Shown here piece by piece: positions 1-9,981 of a stretch of 44,953 bases of DNA; position 1 is the first letter of the stretch; each line of letters opens with the position of its first letter. Source of the DNA: Elusimicrobiota bacterium (GTDB taxonomy: Bacteria; Elusimicrobiota; Elusimicrobia; UBA1565). The position numbers were made by a program, and so were the translations under genes. The stretch spans positions 1-44,953 of the forward strand of contig JBDREN010000216.1 in assembly GCA_043819795.1 (NCBI GenBank). The letters are read 5' to 3'. The notes beneath the pieces are model-generated. The model saw only the letters and a program-made list of their open reading frames with translations, was not told where the DNA came from and ran no database searches.

Positions 1-57
1 GGTTGATATCGCCGTCTTATTAGGCTTCCTTTGGTTCGGTGCCGTTCTTGTTAGGCC

Positions 58-815
58 CTACTCCTTCGACACTAGGCTCGCCCGCAGGAACTCGCGGTTG
101 AGCCGGGCGATGTTGCTGATCTTGATCTCTTTCGGGCAGGCCTTCTCGCACTCGAACTCGTTGGTGCAGTTGCCGAAGCCCGCCTGGTCGTGGGCCTCGA
201 GCATCCTGAGCGCGCGGCGCTCGCGCTCGGGCTTGCCCTGCGGGAGCAGGACGAGCTGGGATATCTTCGCGGACAGGAACAGCATCGCCGACGCGTTGGG
301 GCAGGCGGCCACGCACGCCCCGCAGCCGATGCAGGCCGCCGCGTCCATCGCGGTCTCCGCCGCCTCTTTCGGGACCGGGATGGCGTTGGCTTCGGGAGCC
401 GACCCCGTCTTGACGGACACGAAGCCGCCCGCCTGCATGATGCGGTCGAAGGCGGTCCGGGTCGTCACCAGGTCCTTGATCACGGGGAACGCCTTGGCCC
501 GGAAAGGCTCCACCGTTATGGTCTGGCCGTCCTTGAACCGGCGCATGTGGAGGTCGCAGGTCGTGGACCCGGAGTCCGGCCCGTGCGCCCGGCCGTTGAT
601 GACGAGGCTGCACATGCCGCAGATGCCCTCGCGGCAATCGTGATCGAACGCGATCGGATCCTCGCCCTTCTTGATGAGGCCCTCGTTGACGACGTCGAGC
701 ATCTCCAAAAACGACATGTCCGGAGAGACGTCTTTAGCCTCGTAGGTCTTCAGCGCGCCGCGGGACTGCCCGTCCTTCTGGCGCCAAACACGGAGAGTCA
801 GGTTCATCGTGCCGC

Positions 816-819
<4 letters not shown>
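58..819 (-). CDS. sdhB: Succinate dehydrogenase/fumarate reductase iron-sulfur subunit
   Basis: Cys motifs [23 protein letters not shown] and [11 protein letters not shown]. Start set at ATG 819 (MSGTMNL), which overlaps the sdhA stop as ATGA; the track's extension to 993 lies inside sdhA. Confidence 0.95.
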
Positions 820-2744
<1,925 letters not shown>

Positions 2745-2747
2745 GAC

Positions 2748-3389
2748 TCAGCCTCCCCGGAAGAATCCCCACAGCGGCAGCGCGCCGAATCCGGCGGCCA
2801 GCACCACCGCGAACGCCAGGGTGACCTTCTCGATGACCGGCGTGTAAGTCGGATGGTCGACGCCGAAGGTCTGCAGCGCGCTCCGGACGCCGTGGCTCAA
2901 GTGCACGCCCAGAGAAACCATCGCCAACACGTAGAAGCCCATGTAGACCGGTATCCGGAAATGCTCGATCACCCAGGCGAACAGGCTGGCGCCCTCCGGA
3001 AGCTGCAGCTTCAGGGTGAAGACGTGGATGCCGAGGAACACGAGGGTCAGCAGGCCCGTATACGCCATCGTCGACGAGCCGAGGGTCCTGCCGCCGGCGG
3101 ACGCGTTGACGGCGTAGCGCTCGGGACGGGCCAGGAAGTTCTCTACCGTGACCGTCAGCCCGAGGATGATATGCCCCAGGAAGATGGCGGCCAGCGCGAT
3201 CTCGGCAGGGATGAGCAGCGGATGGTGCGTCAGGAACTCCGCGTACTCGTCGAACAGCTCCGGGGCCTTGAGCATCAGCAGGTTCCCGGACAGGTGCGCC
3301 ATCAGGAAGCCTATCAGCATCAGCCCCGTAAGGGCGACGAGCTGCTTCTTCCCGATAGAGGATCCCAGAAAGAGCTTCAGTAGTCTCAT
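2748..3389 (-). CDS. sdhC: Succinate dehydrogenase cytochrome b558 subunit (three-subunit sdhCAB type)
   Basis: SSIGKK..ALTG, about 5 TM helices with heme-ligand His (AHLSGN, GHII, IHV, HLSHG), directly upstream of sdhA. ATG 3389 has a GGAGAG Shine-Dalgarno. Confidence 0.92.
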   Translation of the reverse strand: MRLLKLFLGSSIGKKQLVALTGLMLIGFLMAHLSGNLLMLKAPELFDEYAEFLTHHPLLIPAEIALAAIFLGHIILGLTVTVENFLARPERYAVNASAGGRTLGSSTMAYTGLLTLVFLGIHVFTLKLQLPEGASLFAWVIEHFRIPVYMGFYVLAMVSLGVHLSHGVRSALQTFGVDHPTYTPVIEKVTLAFAVVLAAGFGALPLWGFFRGG

Positions 3390-3470
3390 TAGCGAACTCT
3401 CCAAAGATGCGCGGGGGGAGCGACGCGGCCGGTCAGGCCCTCCGGAAGCGGCCCGCGGGGCCGGGGCGTC

Positions 3471-4343
3471 TCAGAGGCTGATCGACTGCCCCTCCTTCGC
3501 GCAAAAGCAATCCATCGAGCCGCCCTTCTCGCGCACGATCTTCCGAGCCGCCTCGGTGGTCCCGTCGAGGTCGTCGTCGGAGCGCATCGGCTCGTGGTGG
3601 AAGAACGCGAGCCGCTTCACCTCGGCGGCGATGCCCAGCTCGAGCGAGTCCTTCCAGCGGCTGTGCCCCCATCCCCGCTTCGTCTCGTACTCCTCGTCGT
3701 TGTACTGCGAATCGCAGATCAGGAGGTCCGTGCCGCGGCAAAAATCCTCCACCTTACGGTCCTGCCGCGCGGCCAGCTCGCTGCCCTGCGACAAGGCCTG
3801 GTTGTTCTCGTGGTCGGTGAGATAGACGACGCTGCGGCCGCCGTTGAACCCGAACCGGAAGGCGAAGTTGATTCCCGGATGGTTCGTGAAGGTGGTCTGG
3901 ATCTTCACGGGGCCGACGTCGAACCCCCGGCCGTCCACCTGGAGGAAGTCGAGCTGGGAGGCCATGTCCCCCACCTCGACCGGGAAGTAGTTGATGCCCA
4001 TCTGCTGGCGGAAGATAGTCTCGAAGCTGTCCCCGACGGTCTTACCGCTGTAGATGCGGAAGCGGTTCTTGGGAAGATAGGCCGGCACGAAGAAGGGGAA
4101 GCCCTGGATGTGGTCCCAGTGGGTATGGCTGATGAAAAGGCTCCCCTCGAAAGGGCGGCCCTTGAACTCCTTCATGAGGTTCAGTCCCAGCTCGCGGATG
4201 CCGGTACCGCTGTCGCAGATGAGGATCTGGTCCTCGTAACGGATCTCGACGCAGGCGGTATTGCCCCCGTAGCGCACCGTCGAGCGGCCCGGCGTGGGGG
4301 TCGAGCCGCGGGTCCCCCAGAAGCGGATATGCAGCGGCTTCAT
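3471..4343 (-). CDS. Metallo-beta-lactamase-fold hydrolase (phosphodiesterase/RNase Z-like group)
   Basis: FWGTRGS..P, YGGNTAC, DSGTG, SHTHWDHIQG (HxHxDH), TDHE, WGHS, FHHEP; ATGA overlap with the upstream receiver gene. Confidence 0.9.
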   Translation of the reverse strand: MKPLHIRFWGTRGSTPTPGRSTVRYGGNTACVEIRYEDQILICDSGTGIRELGLNLMKEFKGRPFEGSLFISHTHWDHIQGFPFFVPAYLPKNRFRIYSGKTVGDSFETIFRQQMGINYFPVEVGDMASQLDFLQVDGRGFDVGPVKIQTTFTNHPGINFAFRFGFNGGRSVVYLTDHENNQALSQGSELAARQDRKVEDFCRGTDLLICDSQYNDEEYETKRGWGHSRWKDSLELGIAAEVKRLAFFHHEPMRSDDDLDGTTEAARKIVREKGGSMDCFCAKEGQSISL

Positions 4344-4720
4344 GGCTCTCCGACCAGACTCTTCACCTTCTTGAGGAGCTCGTCGGCGGAGAACGGCTTG
4401 ACCAGGTACCCGTCCGCGCCGAGGCGCTCAGCGGCTCTCCGGTCCACGGCGTAGCCCTTGGCCGTGGAGACGAGGATCTTCGTCGATTGGAGGGATTTCT
4501 CGCTCCGAAGGGCTTGGCAGACGTCGAAGCCGTGCATGTCCGGCATCATGATGTCGAGGATTACCAGGTCGGGCTTGCCCTTTTTGGCCTTAGCGTAGGC
4601 CTCCCGGCCCCCATAGGCGGCCTCGACCGTGTAGTCGCTGGTCTCGAGAGCCGTGACCAGGAAATCAACGATAAAATCGTCGTCGTCCACAACGAGAATC
4701 ATAGGCCTCTTCTTCTTCAT
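4340..4720 (-). CDS. Single-domain response regulator (receiver)
   Basis: VVDDD, ILDIMMPD (phospho-Asp) and GADGYLVKPF (Lys) motifs; 126 aa. Confidence 0.92.
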   Translation of the reverse strand: MKKKRPMILVVDDDDFIVDFLVTALETSDYTVEAAYGGREAYAKAKKGKPDLVILDIMMPDMHGFDVCQALRSEKSLQSTKILVSTAKGYAVDRRAAERLGADGYLVKPFSADELLKKVKSLVGEP

Positions 4721-4808
4721 CGCGCCGCTAGGATATGGTGTGAGCCATTATGCCAAAAAACCGGGGAAAGCGCTAGCAGCATGAGCTCCTCCCCCCGCTC
4801 CCGGGCCG

Positions 4809-4849
4809 CAAGAGAGAAGCCCCGAAGGGGTCTTCGGGGCCCTCTCTTG
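4809..4849 (-). terminator. Intrinsic terminator after the M48 protease gene
   Basis: Minus strand GCCCCGAAG-ACCC-CTTCGGGGC followed by TTCTCTCTT; the stem extends via CAAGAGAG/CTCTCTTG; it lies ~20 nt past the stop at 4872. Confidence 0.75.
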
Positions 4850-4871
4850 AAACGTCTTCCGCCGCGGGCTA

Positions 4872-7865
4872 CTAGCGCCGCTGTCCCGAGCCGTTGCCCG
4901 CCTTCAGGGCGGACGCCATCTTATACAGGTTCTTGATGCGCTTGTCCGTGTCCGGATGGGTGAGGAAGAGCTCGGCGAGCCACTTGTCCTTCATGTCCAC
5001 GGGCACGCCGGCCGAGGCCTTGGCTCCCGGGAGGGCGCCCGCCCGCGAGAGCTGCTCGAGCGGATTGATGGTCATGATGTGCCCCAGCGAGGCGATCCAG
5101 GGCAACAGGTAGCGCTGGATGAAGACCCCGCGCTGCGGCCGCCAGGACATCAGGAGCCCCAGCCCCATGGCGAGATGCTCCGGCTTCTCTGCCAGCAAAC
5201 CCCCGCCCTCGTCGGCGTGGCTTTCCCGGATCCTGGAGGAGCCCATCTGCAGGAGCGTGGCGAGGACCGGCGCCCAGAGGCAGGCGAATACCTTGACCAA
5301 AGCCAGGATGGACTGCGCCGCCACCCCGACGGTGACAGGCTCGAAGGCCTCGGTCTTCACGCGGCCGATGCCGTTCGCCGGAGCGGCCTGCGCGCCCGTT
5401 CCCCGCGGGGCTGCGGCGGGCTGGGGATGATTGGGCTGCGCCCCGCCCGTCATCTTGCGGAAGATCCTGGTGAAGAAGGCTTTGGCGTTGCCCACCGCCC
5501 AGAGGATCTTATAGGAAGCGAACCCGATCCCGGATGACATCGCTCCGGTGGCCGCGCCCAGCATGATGTCCCGGTGCATGACGTGGTTGAGCTCGTGGGC
5601 CATGACGCCGCGCAGGGCCGCAACGCCGATGGCCTTGATCTGGGCGTCGGAGGCGTCCTGGATCGCCTGGATGACCTCCTGCGGCGCGGCCGACTCCGCG
5701 ATCCCGGAGATCACGTCGCGCACCGCCATGCGGTAGACGAAGAAGGCCTCGCTCCGCGGCTCGACGGCCGAGAAGACCCGGATGAGGCCTTCGCGCGTCC
5801 GCGCGGGGTTGAGCGTCATCTGCTTCATCTCCTCGGTCACCCCGACCATCGCGTTCATGGGGCTCGGGCCCGTGGCGAAGGCGTTGGGGACCGGCATGGG
5901 GACGTTCACCATCTCCGGCAACGGGATCGGCTTCTTCCCCTTGGCGGCCCGGCCGGCGTTGATCTTCCCGACCAGCTCGCGCGTCATGGCGAAGATCTCG
6001 GGGTCATCGGACTCCTTCATAGGGGTCGCCTGCATGGCCATCTTGATGAGCTTCTTGCTGAAGAAGACGGGGAGAAACGCCATCGCGCCCGCCAGGCCCA
6101 GGTTCGCGAAGAGGGACCCGAAGCCGAAGACCTTGGCTCCCAAGACGCCGCCTAGGGCGGCGAGCGAGCCGATCGTCACGCCGGTCTTGATCCAGTAGTG
6201 GAACCGGGGCCAGCGCGCCGGAGCCGACTCGTCGATCTCGACGGGCTCGGCCTTCGTGGACGGCGCCGGGGGGCCCTTCTTGAGCATCCGCGTGAGCAGG
6301 GCCTCGGTCCACATGGCGGCCCGTTCGGGAGCGAACGCGATCACGAAGAACGTCAGCGGCGCGGTGAAGCCGGTCACGGCCGCCCAGGCCAAGCCCCCGA
6401 GGTAGATCTTATTGAATACGGGCTTCTGGCCGAGCATCATCCAGACGCCGAAGACCACGTTCGTCCAGACAGGCGAGTAGCCGGTCAGGAGAGCGAACAC
6501 CACCCCGGTCATCACCCATGTATAGGAAGGGAAGCGGAACGTCCTGACCGAGCCGATGACCCGGAACGGGTTTCCGGTCTCGGCCGAGGAGATGATCCGG
6601 CCGAGGAAGAACGAGATCGTGGTCATGGCCGGCAGGGCCATGAGCCCGAAGATCCCGCCCAGCGTCAGGGGCGCGGCTCCCGCGGCCCCGATGAACGGGG
6701 CCAGTAGGTTCAAGGACGCCCAGGCCAGGATCGCGTTGATGACGCCCCCGGCTCCCCCCGAGCCCTTGGTCGCGGAAGCGATCCCGAAGGTGGCGCCGAC
6801 CAGGACCGGCAGCCCCAGCGCGAGGCTGCTCAACACCGCCCCGCTCAGGATCTGCGGCACGGCGAGCGCGGTGGCGCCGATAAACGCGCCGATAACGATG
6901 TCGTAGAAGAGCTTGACGCCCTTGAGCCGCGACGAGTCGCGCAGGCCGAGGCGGTAGCGCGAATAGAGCGCGACCGGCAGGAGCAGGATGCCCGAGCTTA
7001 CGGCCCAGACGGAGGCCAACGGCACCATGCCGAATACCGCGGGAAGCAGGGTGGCCGCCAGCTGATGGATGCCGATGCCCGCGAAAGCGCCCAGCCCCAT
7101 ACGCGCGGCCGTGCCCATGAACGCCTTGATCTTCCCGGCCGCGCGTCCGCTCGCATCGCGCCGCGAGGCCTGGATGCCGGGAACGGCCGCCGGCTTGACG
7201 CTCGCGGAGGCGGCGTCGCGGCTGGCCGCGGGCTTGAGCCCGTCCGCGCGCGCTCCGGCGTTCGCGAAAGCCCGCGAATCGACGACGCCCTCGGTCGCCA
7301 CGGAACGCCTGCCGAGGACGCGGTCCATGAACGCATGGCCGGCCTGCTTGGCCTGGCCCGCGCTCATGCGCGCGATCTCGACGGCGGGCAGGGACACCGA
7401 GCGCGGCTGGGCCAGCAAAGCCTTCGCGGAGGCGGCGGTGGGGGCCCGGGCCGCTGTGGGCGCTCCGGAAACGCCGCGCACGTTCGCTCCGGCGCGGAGC
7501 GCGCCCTCGGGGCGCGAAAGCGCCGCGGGGCCGAAGACGCGGAAGGCCGCCATATTGGCGGCCGCGACCACGCCCGCATGGGTCTCGACCTTGGGAGTAA
7601 GCGACGGGACCGCTCTTAGAGTCCCTTGCAGGCTCGGGTGCGCGACCTGAAGCGAAGTCGAGACCTGCGATCCGACCGGATTGAGACGCGCGAGCCCGGC
7701 GCCCGCGGCCCCTCCGGGGAGGGACTGGACCCCGGCCCCCACGTTCACGCCGACGGTCATCGCCAGCGCCTTATAGCAACCGAGCCCCGGCGCGGTAGCG
7801 ACCAGGGCGGCGGCGATGACGGTGGCGATGGACTGCTTCACGAAACGGGTGGTAAGAGTGGTCAT
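4872..7865 (-). CDS. Large multi-TM protein with C-terminal HtpX-like M48 zinc metalloprotease domain
   Basis: PNAFATG, VMAHELNH (HExxH), SSRIRESHAD and FLTHP are HtpX/M48 motifs. Signal-like N-terminus, Ala/Pro-rich linker and many hydrophobic helices precede them. GGGAGG SD. Confidence 0.85.
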   Translation of the reverse strand: MTTLTTRFVKQSIATVIAAALVATAPGLGCYKALAMTVGVNVGAGVQSLPGGAAGAGLARLNPVGSQVSTSLQVAHPSLQGTLRAVPSLTPKVETHAGVVAAANMAAFRVFGPAALSRPEGALRAGANVRGVSGAPTAARAPTAASAKALLAQPRSVSLPAVEIARMSAGQAKQAGHAFMDRVLGRRSVATEGVVDSRAFANAGARADGLKPAASRDAASASVKPAAVPGIQASRRDASGRAAGKIKAFMGTAARMGLGAFAGIGIHQLAATLLPAVFGMVPLASVWAVSSGILLLPVALYSRYRLGLRDSSRLKGVKLFYDIVIGAFIGATALAVPQILSGAVLSSLALGLPVLVGATFGIASATKGSGGAGGVINAILAWASLNLLAPFIGAAGAAPLTLGGIFGLMALPAMTTISFFLGRIISSAETGNPFRVIGSVRTFRFPSYTWVMTGVVFALLTGYSPVWTNVVFGVWMMLGQKPVFNKIYLGGLAWAAVTGFTAPLTFFVIAFAPERAAMWTEALLTRMLKKGPPAPSTKAEPVEIDESAPARWPRFHYWIKTGVTIGSLAALGGVLGAKVFGFGSLFANLGLAGAMAFLPVFFSKKLIKMAMQATPMKESDDPEIFAMTRELVGKINAGRAAKGKKPIPLPEMVNVPMPVPNAFATGPSPMNAMVGVTEEMKQMTLNPARTREGLIRVFSAVEPRSEAFFVYRMAVRDVISGIAESAAPQEVIQAIQDASDAQIKAIGVAALRGVMAHELNHVMHRDIMLGAATGAMSSGIGFASYKILWAVGNAKAFFTRIFRKMTGGAQPNHPQPAAAPRGTGAQAAPANGIGRVKTEAFEPVTVGVAAQSILALVKVFACLWAPVLATLLQMGSSRIRESHADEGGGLLAEKPEHLAMGLGLLMSWRPQRGVFIQRYLLPWIASLGHIMTINPLEQLSRAGALPGAKASAGVPVDMKDKWLAELFLTHPDTDKRIKNLYKMASALKAGNGSGQRR

Positions 7866-7892
7866 GGATTATTCCTCCCGGTCATTGGCCAC

Positions 7893-7983
7893 ATTATACC
7901 GTTGCTCCGCCGAATACCTAGGGGTCCAAGGGCCCAAGGTTGAGCCCAAAATGGACCCCCGGCAGGATGGGACGAACGTCCTA
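7893..7983 (-). promoter_or_regulatory. Promoter of the M48 gene: TATAAT -10 plus TRGGNC-N4-GNCCYA activator-like boxes
   Basis: TATAAT at 7898-7893 with no recognisable -35. Boxes (plus strand) GGGGTC-CAAG-GGCCCA 7921-7936, half-site 7944-7959, TGGGAC-GAAC-GTCCTA 7968-7983. Confidence 0.65.
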
Positions 7984-8084
7984 GGAGTGCGCGGCCCCCC
8001 CGCGGGGGGCGGAAGCCTTCAACGCCTGGGCCCCGGGGCAAGGGCCCTCGGGGAGGGTCGCGGGGATAGGAGGGGGCCGGAGGA

Positions 8085-8180
8085 ATCGCCCCCCGGACAT
8101 GGGCAGCCCCCCGTGGGGGGGCCGCCGGCAGGGCATCGCCCCCCCGATCTAGGCAGCCCCCCGCGGGGAGGCCGCCGGCA
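8085..8180. repeat. Two-copy 50-bp-period tandem repeat containing GC hairpins
   Basis: 8085-8130 vs 8135-8180 match at 40 of 46 positions; the second copy overlaps the hydrolase 3' end. Confidence 0.75.
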
Positions 8181-8916
8181 TGAGCCGCCGGGCGAGACAG
8201 CGGACGACCCGCCCCACCAGCCAGGGCCGGCGATCTAGAAAGCCGTGGTCGGCTCCGGGGGCCGTCACGAGCCTGCTCTTCCCGGGCGCGGCCGCGTGGA
8301 TGCGCTCGGAAACGGAGAACGGCACGATGTCGTCGGCGGTGCCATGGATCAGAAGAAGAGGGGGCTTCATCCGCGCGGCGCTCCGGGCCGGGTCCCCGGC
8401 CCGCACCGTCTTGACGAAGTCCCTGCGCAGCGCGGCCAAGGACGCGACGCGCAGCGTCGGGCCGTTGCGCTCGATAAAATCGAACGCCTCCGGGGTGACC
8501 ATCTCGGGGCCGCCCACCGGCGACACCGCGACCACGGCCCTCAACGCGGGGACGCGCCGGCCCAGGTGGATCGCCGTCCAGCCCCCCATAGAGGCCCCGA
8601 AGACCGCCATCCGCCGGGCATCCACCCAAGGCTGACGGGCGAGGACCCTGAGCCCGGCCCGGGCCTGGTCGACGAGCGTCGAGAAGCGGTAGAGCCCGCC
8701 CGAGCCCCACGTCCCGGAGGAATGCGGCGCGAAGCCGGCGATCCCGCGACCCATCAGCGCGCGCTGGACGTCCACGTTCTTCTCGGAGCCCGGGAAGCCG
8801 TGCAGCAGGAGGACGGCCGGGAACCTCCGCCCCTTCGGCCCCTGGGGACGGGACAGGACGCCGACCATCTTGGCCCCGCGGTGGCGGAAGACCGCGATCG
8901 AATTGCGCATCCTCAT
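8149..8916 (-). CDS. Alpha/beta-hydrolase (serine aminopeptidase/esterase-like)
   Basis: LLHGFPG, nucleophile elbow GASMGG, HGTADDIVP (Asp) and GADHGF (His). Start uncertain: ATG 8916 or 8910; the track uses TTG 8952. Confidence 0.88.
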   Translation of the reverse strand: MRMRNSIAVFRHRGAKMVGVLSRPQGPKGRRFPAVLLLHGFPGSEKNVDVQRALMGRGIAGFAPHSSGTWGSGGLYRFSTLVDQARAGLRVLARQPWVDARRMAVFGASMGGWTAIHLGRRVPALRAVVAVSPVGGPEMVTPEAFDFIERNGPTLRVASLAALRRDFVKTVRAGDPARSAARMKPPLLLIHGTADDIVPFSVSERIHAAAPGKSRLVTAPGADHGFLDRRPWLVGRVVRCLARRLMPAASPRGAA

Positions 8917-8981
8917 CCCGGCTATTAGACTCTTTCTTGGCCCCAGGCGCAAGATTACTTAGAATCTAAAGGTAATTTGCC

Positions 8982-9008
8982 TGAAATAAAGCGGCCTCCC
9001 CCTTCGTA
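8982..9008 (+). promoter_or_regulatory. ECF-sigma-type promoter (probable autoregulation)
   Basis: TGAAAT-N17-CGTA upstream of the ECF sigma gene; resembles the B. subtilis SigW/SigM-type TGAAAC..CGT(A/C); a second copy is at 11937-11963. Confidence 0.65.
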
Positions 9009-9049
9009 CTTGGTTCCGAGGGGGCGCCGCACCATGGACCTGGACGCCA

Positions 9050-9583
9050 GTGGAAGACGCCAAAAGCATCGTTGAACGCTACACCCCTTACGCGTACACG
9101 GTCGCCTTCCGCCTCACCGGCAAGCGCGCCGAGGCCTGGGACCTTACGCAGAACGCCATGGTGCGGGTGCTGCGCAGATTCTCGACCTACGACCCGTCGT
9201 ACAAGGTCGAGCAATGGCTGCACCGGATCGTCCGAAACCTCTACATCGACGCGCTGCGGCAGACGGCGCGGAGGAAGGAGGACCCTCTCGAGCTCGACGC
9301 GGACGACGAGCGGCGGTCCCACGCGGACACCTTGGCGGACCCGTCGCCCGCGCCGGATGAGGCGGCGGAGCGGCGGAACTCCCGGAACGCCGTGCAGAAG
9401 GCCTTGGACACTCTGCCGCCGGAGCTGAGAATGGCCGTGACGCTGGTGGACATCAAGGGCTGCAGCTACGAGGAAGCCGCCAAGATCCTCGAGATCCCGG
9501 CCTCCACGCTGGGGGTGCGCGTCTTCCGCGGGAGGAAGCTTTTGAAGAAACGGCTCGCGCCGTTCATGGAGGGTAAAGCCTGA
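9050..9583 (+). CDS. ECF-family RNA polymerase sigma factor
   Basis: Region 2 (AWDLTQN..WLHRIVRNLYID) and region 4 (LPPELR..SYEEAAKILEIPASTLGVRVFRGR); 177 aa, GTG start. Confidence 0.92.
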   Translation: MEDAKSIVERYTPYAYTVAFRLTGKRAEAWDLTQNAMVRVLRRFSTYDPSYKVEQWLHRIVRNLYIDALRQTARRKEDPLELDADDERRSHADTLADPSPAPDEAAERRNSRNAVQKALDTLPPELRMAVTLVDIKGCSYEEAAKILEIPASTLGVRVFRGRKLLKKRLAPFMEGKA

Positions 9584-9981
9584 TGGGTTTGCTGCGCTGC
9601 TGGAGCGTGCAGAACGTCCTGGATCTTTTCGTGGACGGCCGCCTGACCGAGAGCGCCTCGGTCCGCGTGGCCGCCCACCTCGACGTGTGCGAGAACTGCC
9701 GGGCCGAGGCGGAAGCTCTCAAGCCGATCCCGGCCGCCTCCGCCGGGACCGTGGCGGTGCCCGAGGGCCTGGCCGACGCCATCCTCGAGAAGCTCCGCTC
9801 CGAGGATGCGCCCGCTCCCGTCCCGGCCTCCGTGGACCTCCGGGACTTTCTGCGGCTGAGGCCCGCGCAGGCCCTGGCGCTCGTCTACTTCATCGCGCTC
9901 GCCTCCGCGCATGCCCTGCCGGGCGTGCCGTCGCAAGGTCTCACCCCCCCCGACGGCGCGCGGACGGAGGCCCCGCGATGA
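9583..9981 (+). CDS. Zinc-binding (ZAS/zf-HC2) anti-sigma factor
   Basis: HLDVCENC (HxxxCxxC) and one C-terminal TM helix; start overlaps the sigma stop. Confidence 0.85.
   Translation: MGLLRCWSVQNVLDLFVDGRLTESASVRVAAHLDVCENCRAEAEALKPIPAASAGTVAVPEGLADAILEKLRSEDAPAPVPASVDLRDFLRLRPAQALALVYFIALASAHALPGVPSQGLTPPDGARTEAPR

Noticed and set aside
8085..8180. Possible CRISPR array
   Set aside because: Only two adjacent copies, no unique spacers and no cas genes.
9034..9075. ATG 9034 with a GAGGGGG SD opening a 13-codon ORF out of frame with the sigma gene
   Set aside because: Could be a 1-nt error hiding the true sigma start, or chance; cannot be decided without reads or homologues.
9687..9977. 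Upstream extension of the O-antigen-ligase ORF (likewise 820-993 for sdhB)
   Set aside because: Lies within the neighbouring gene; internal ATGs with ATGA overlaps are better starts.
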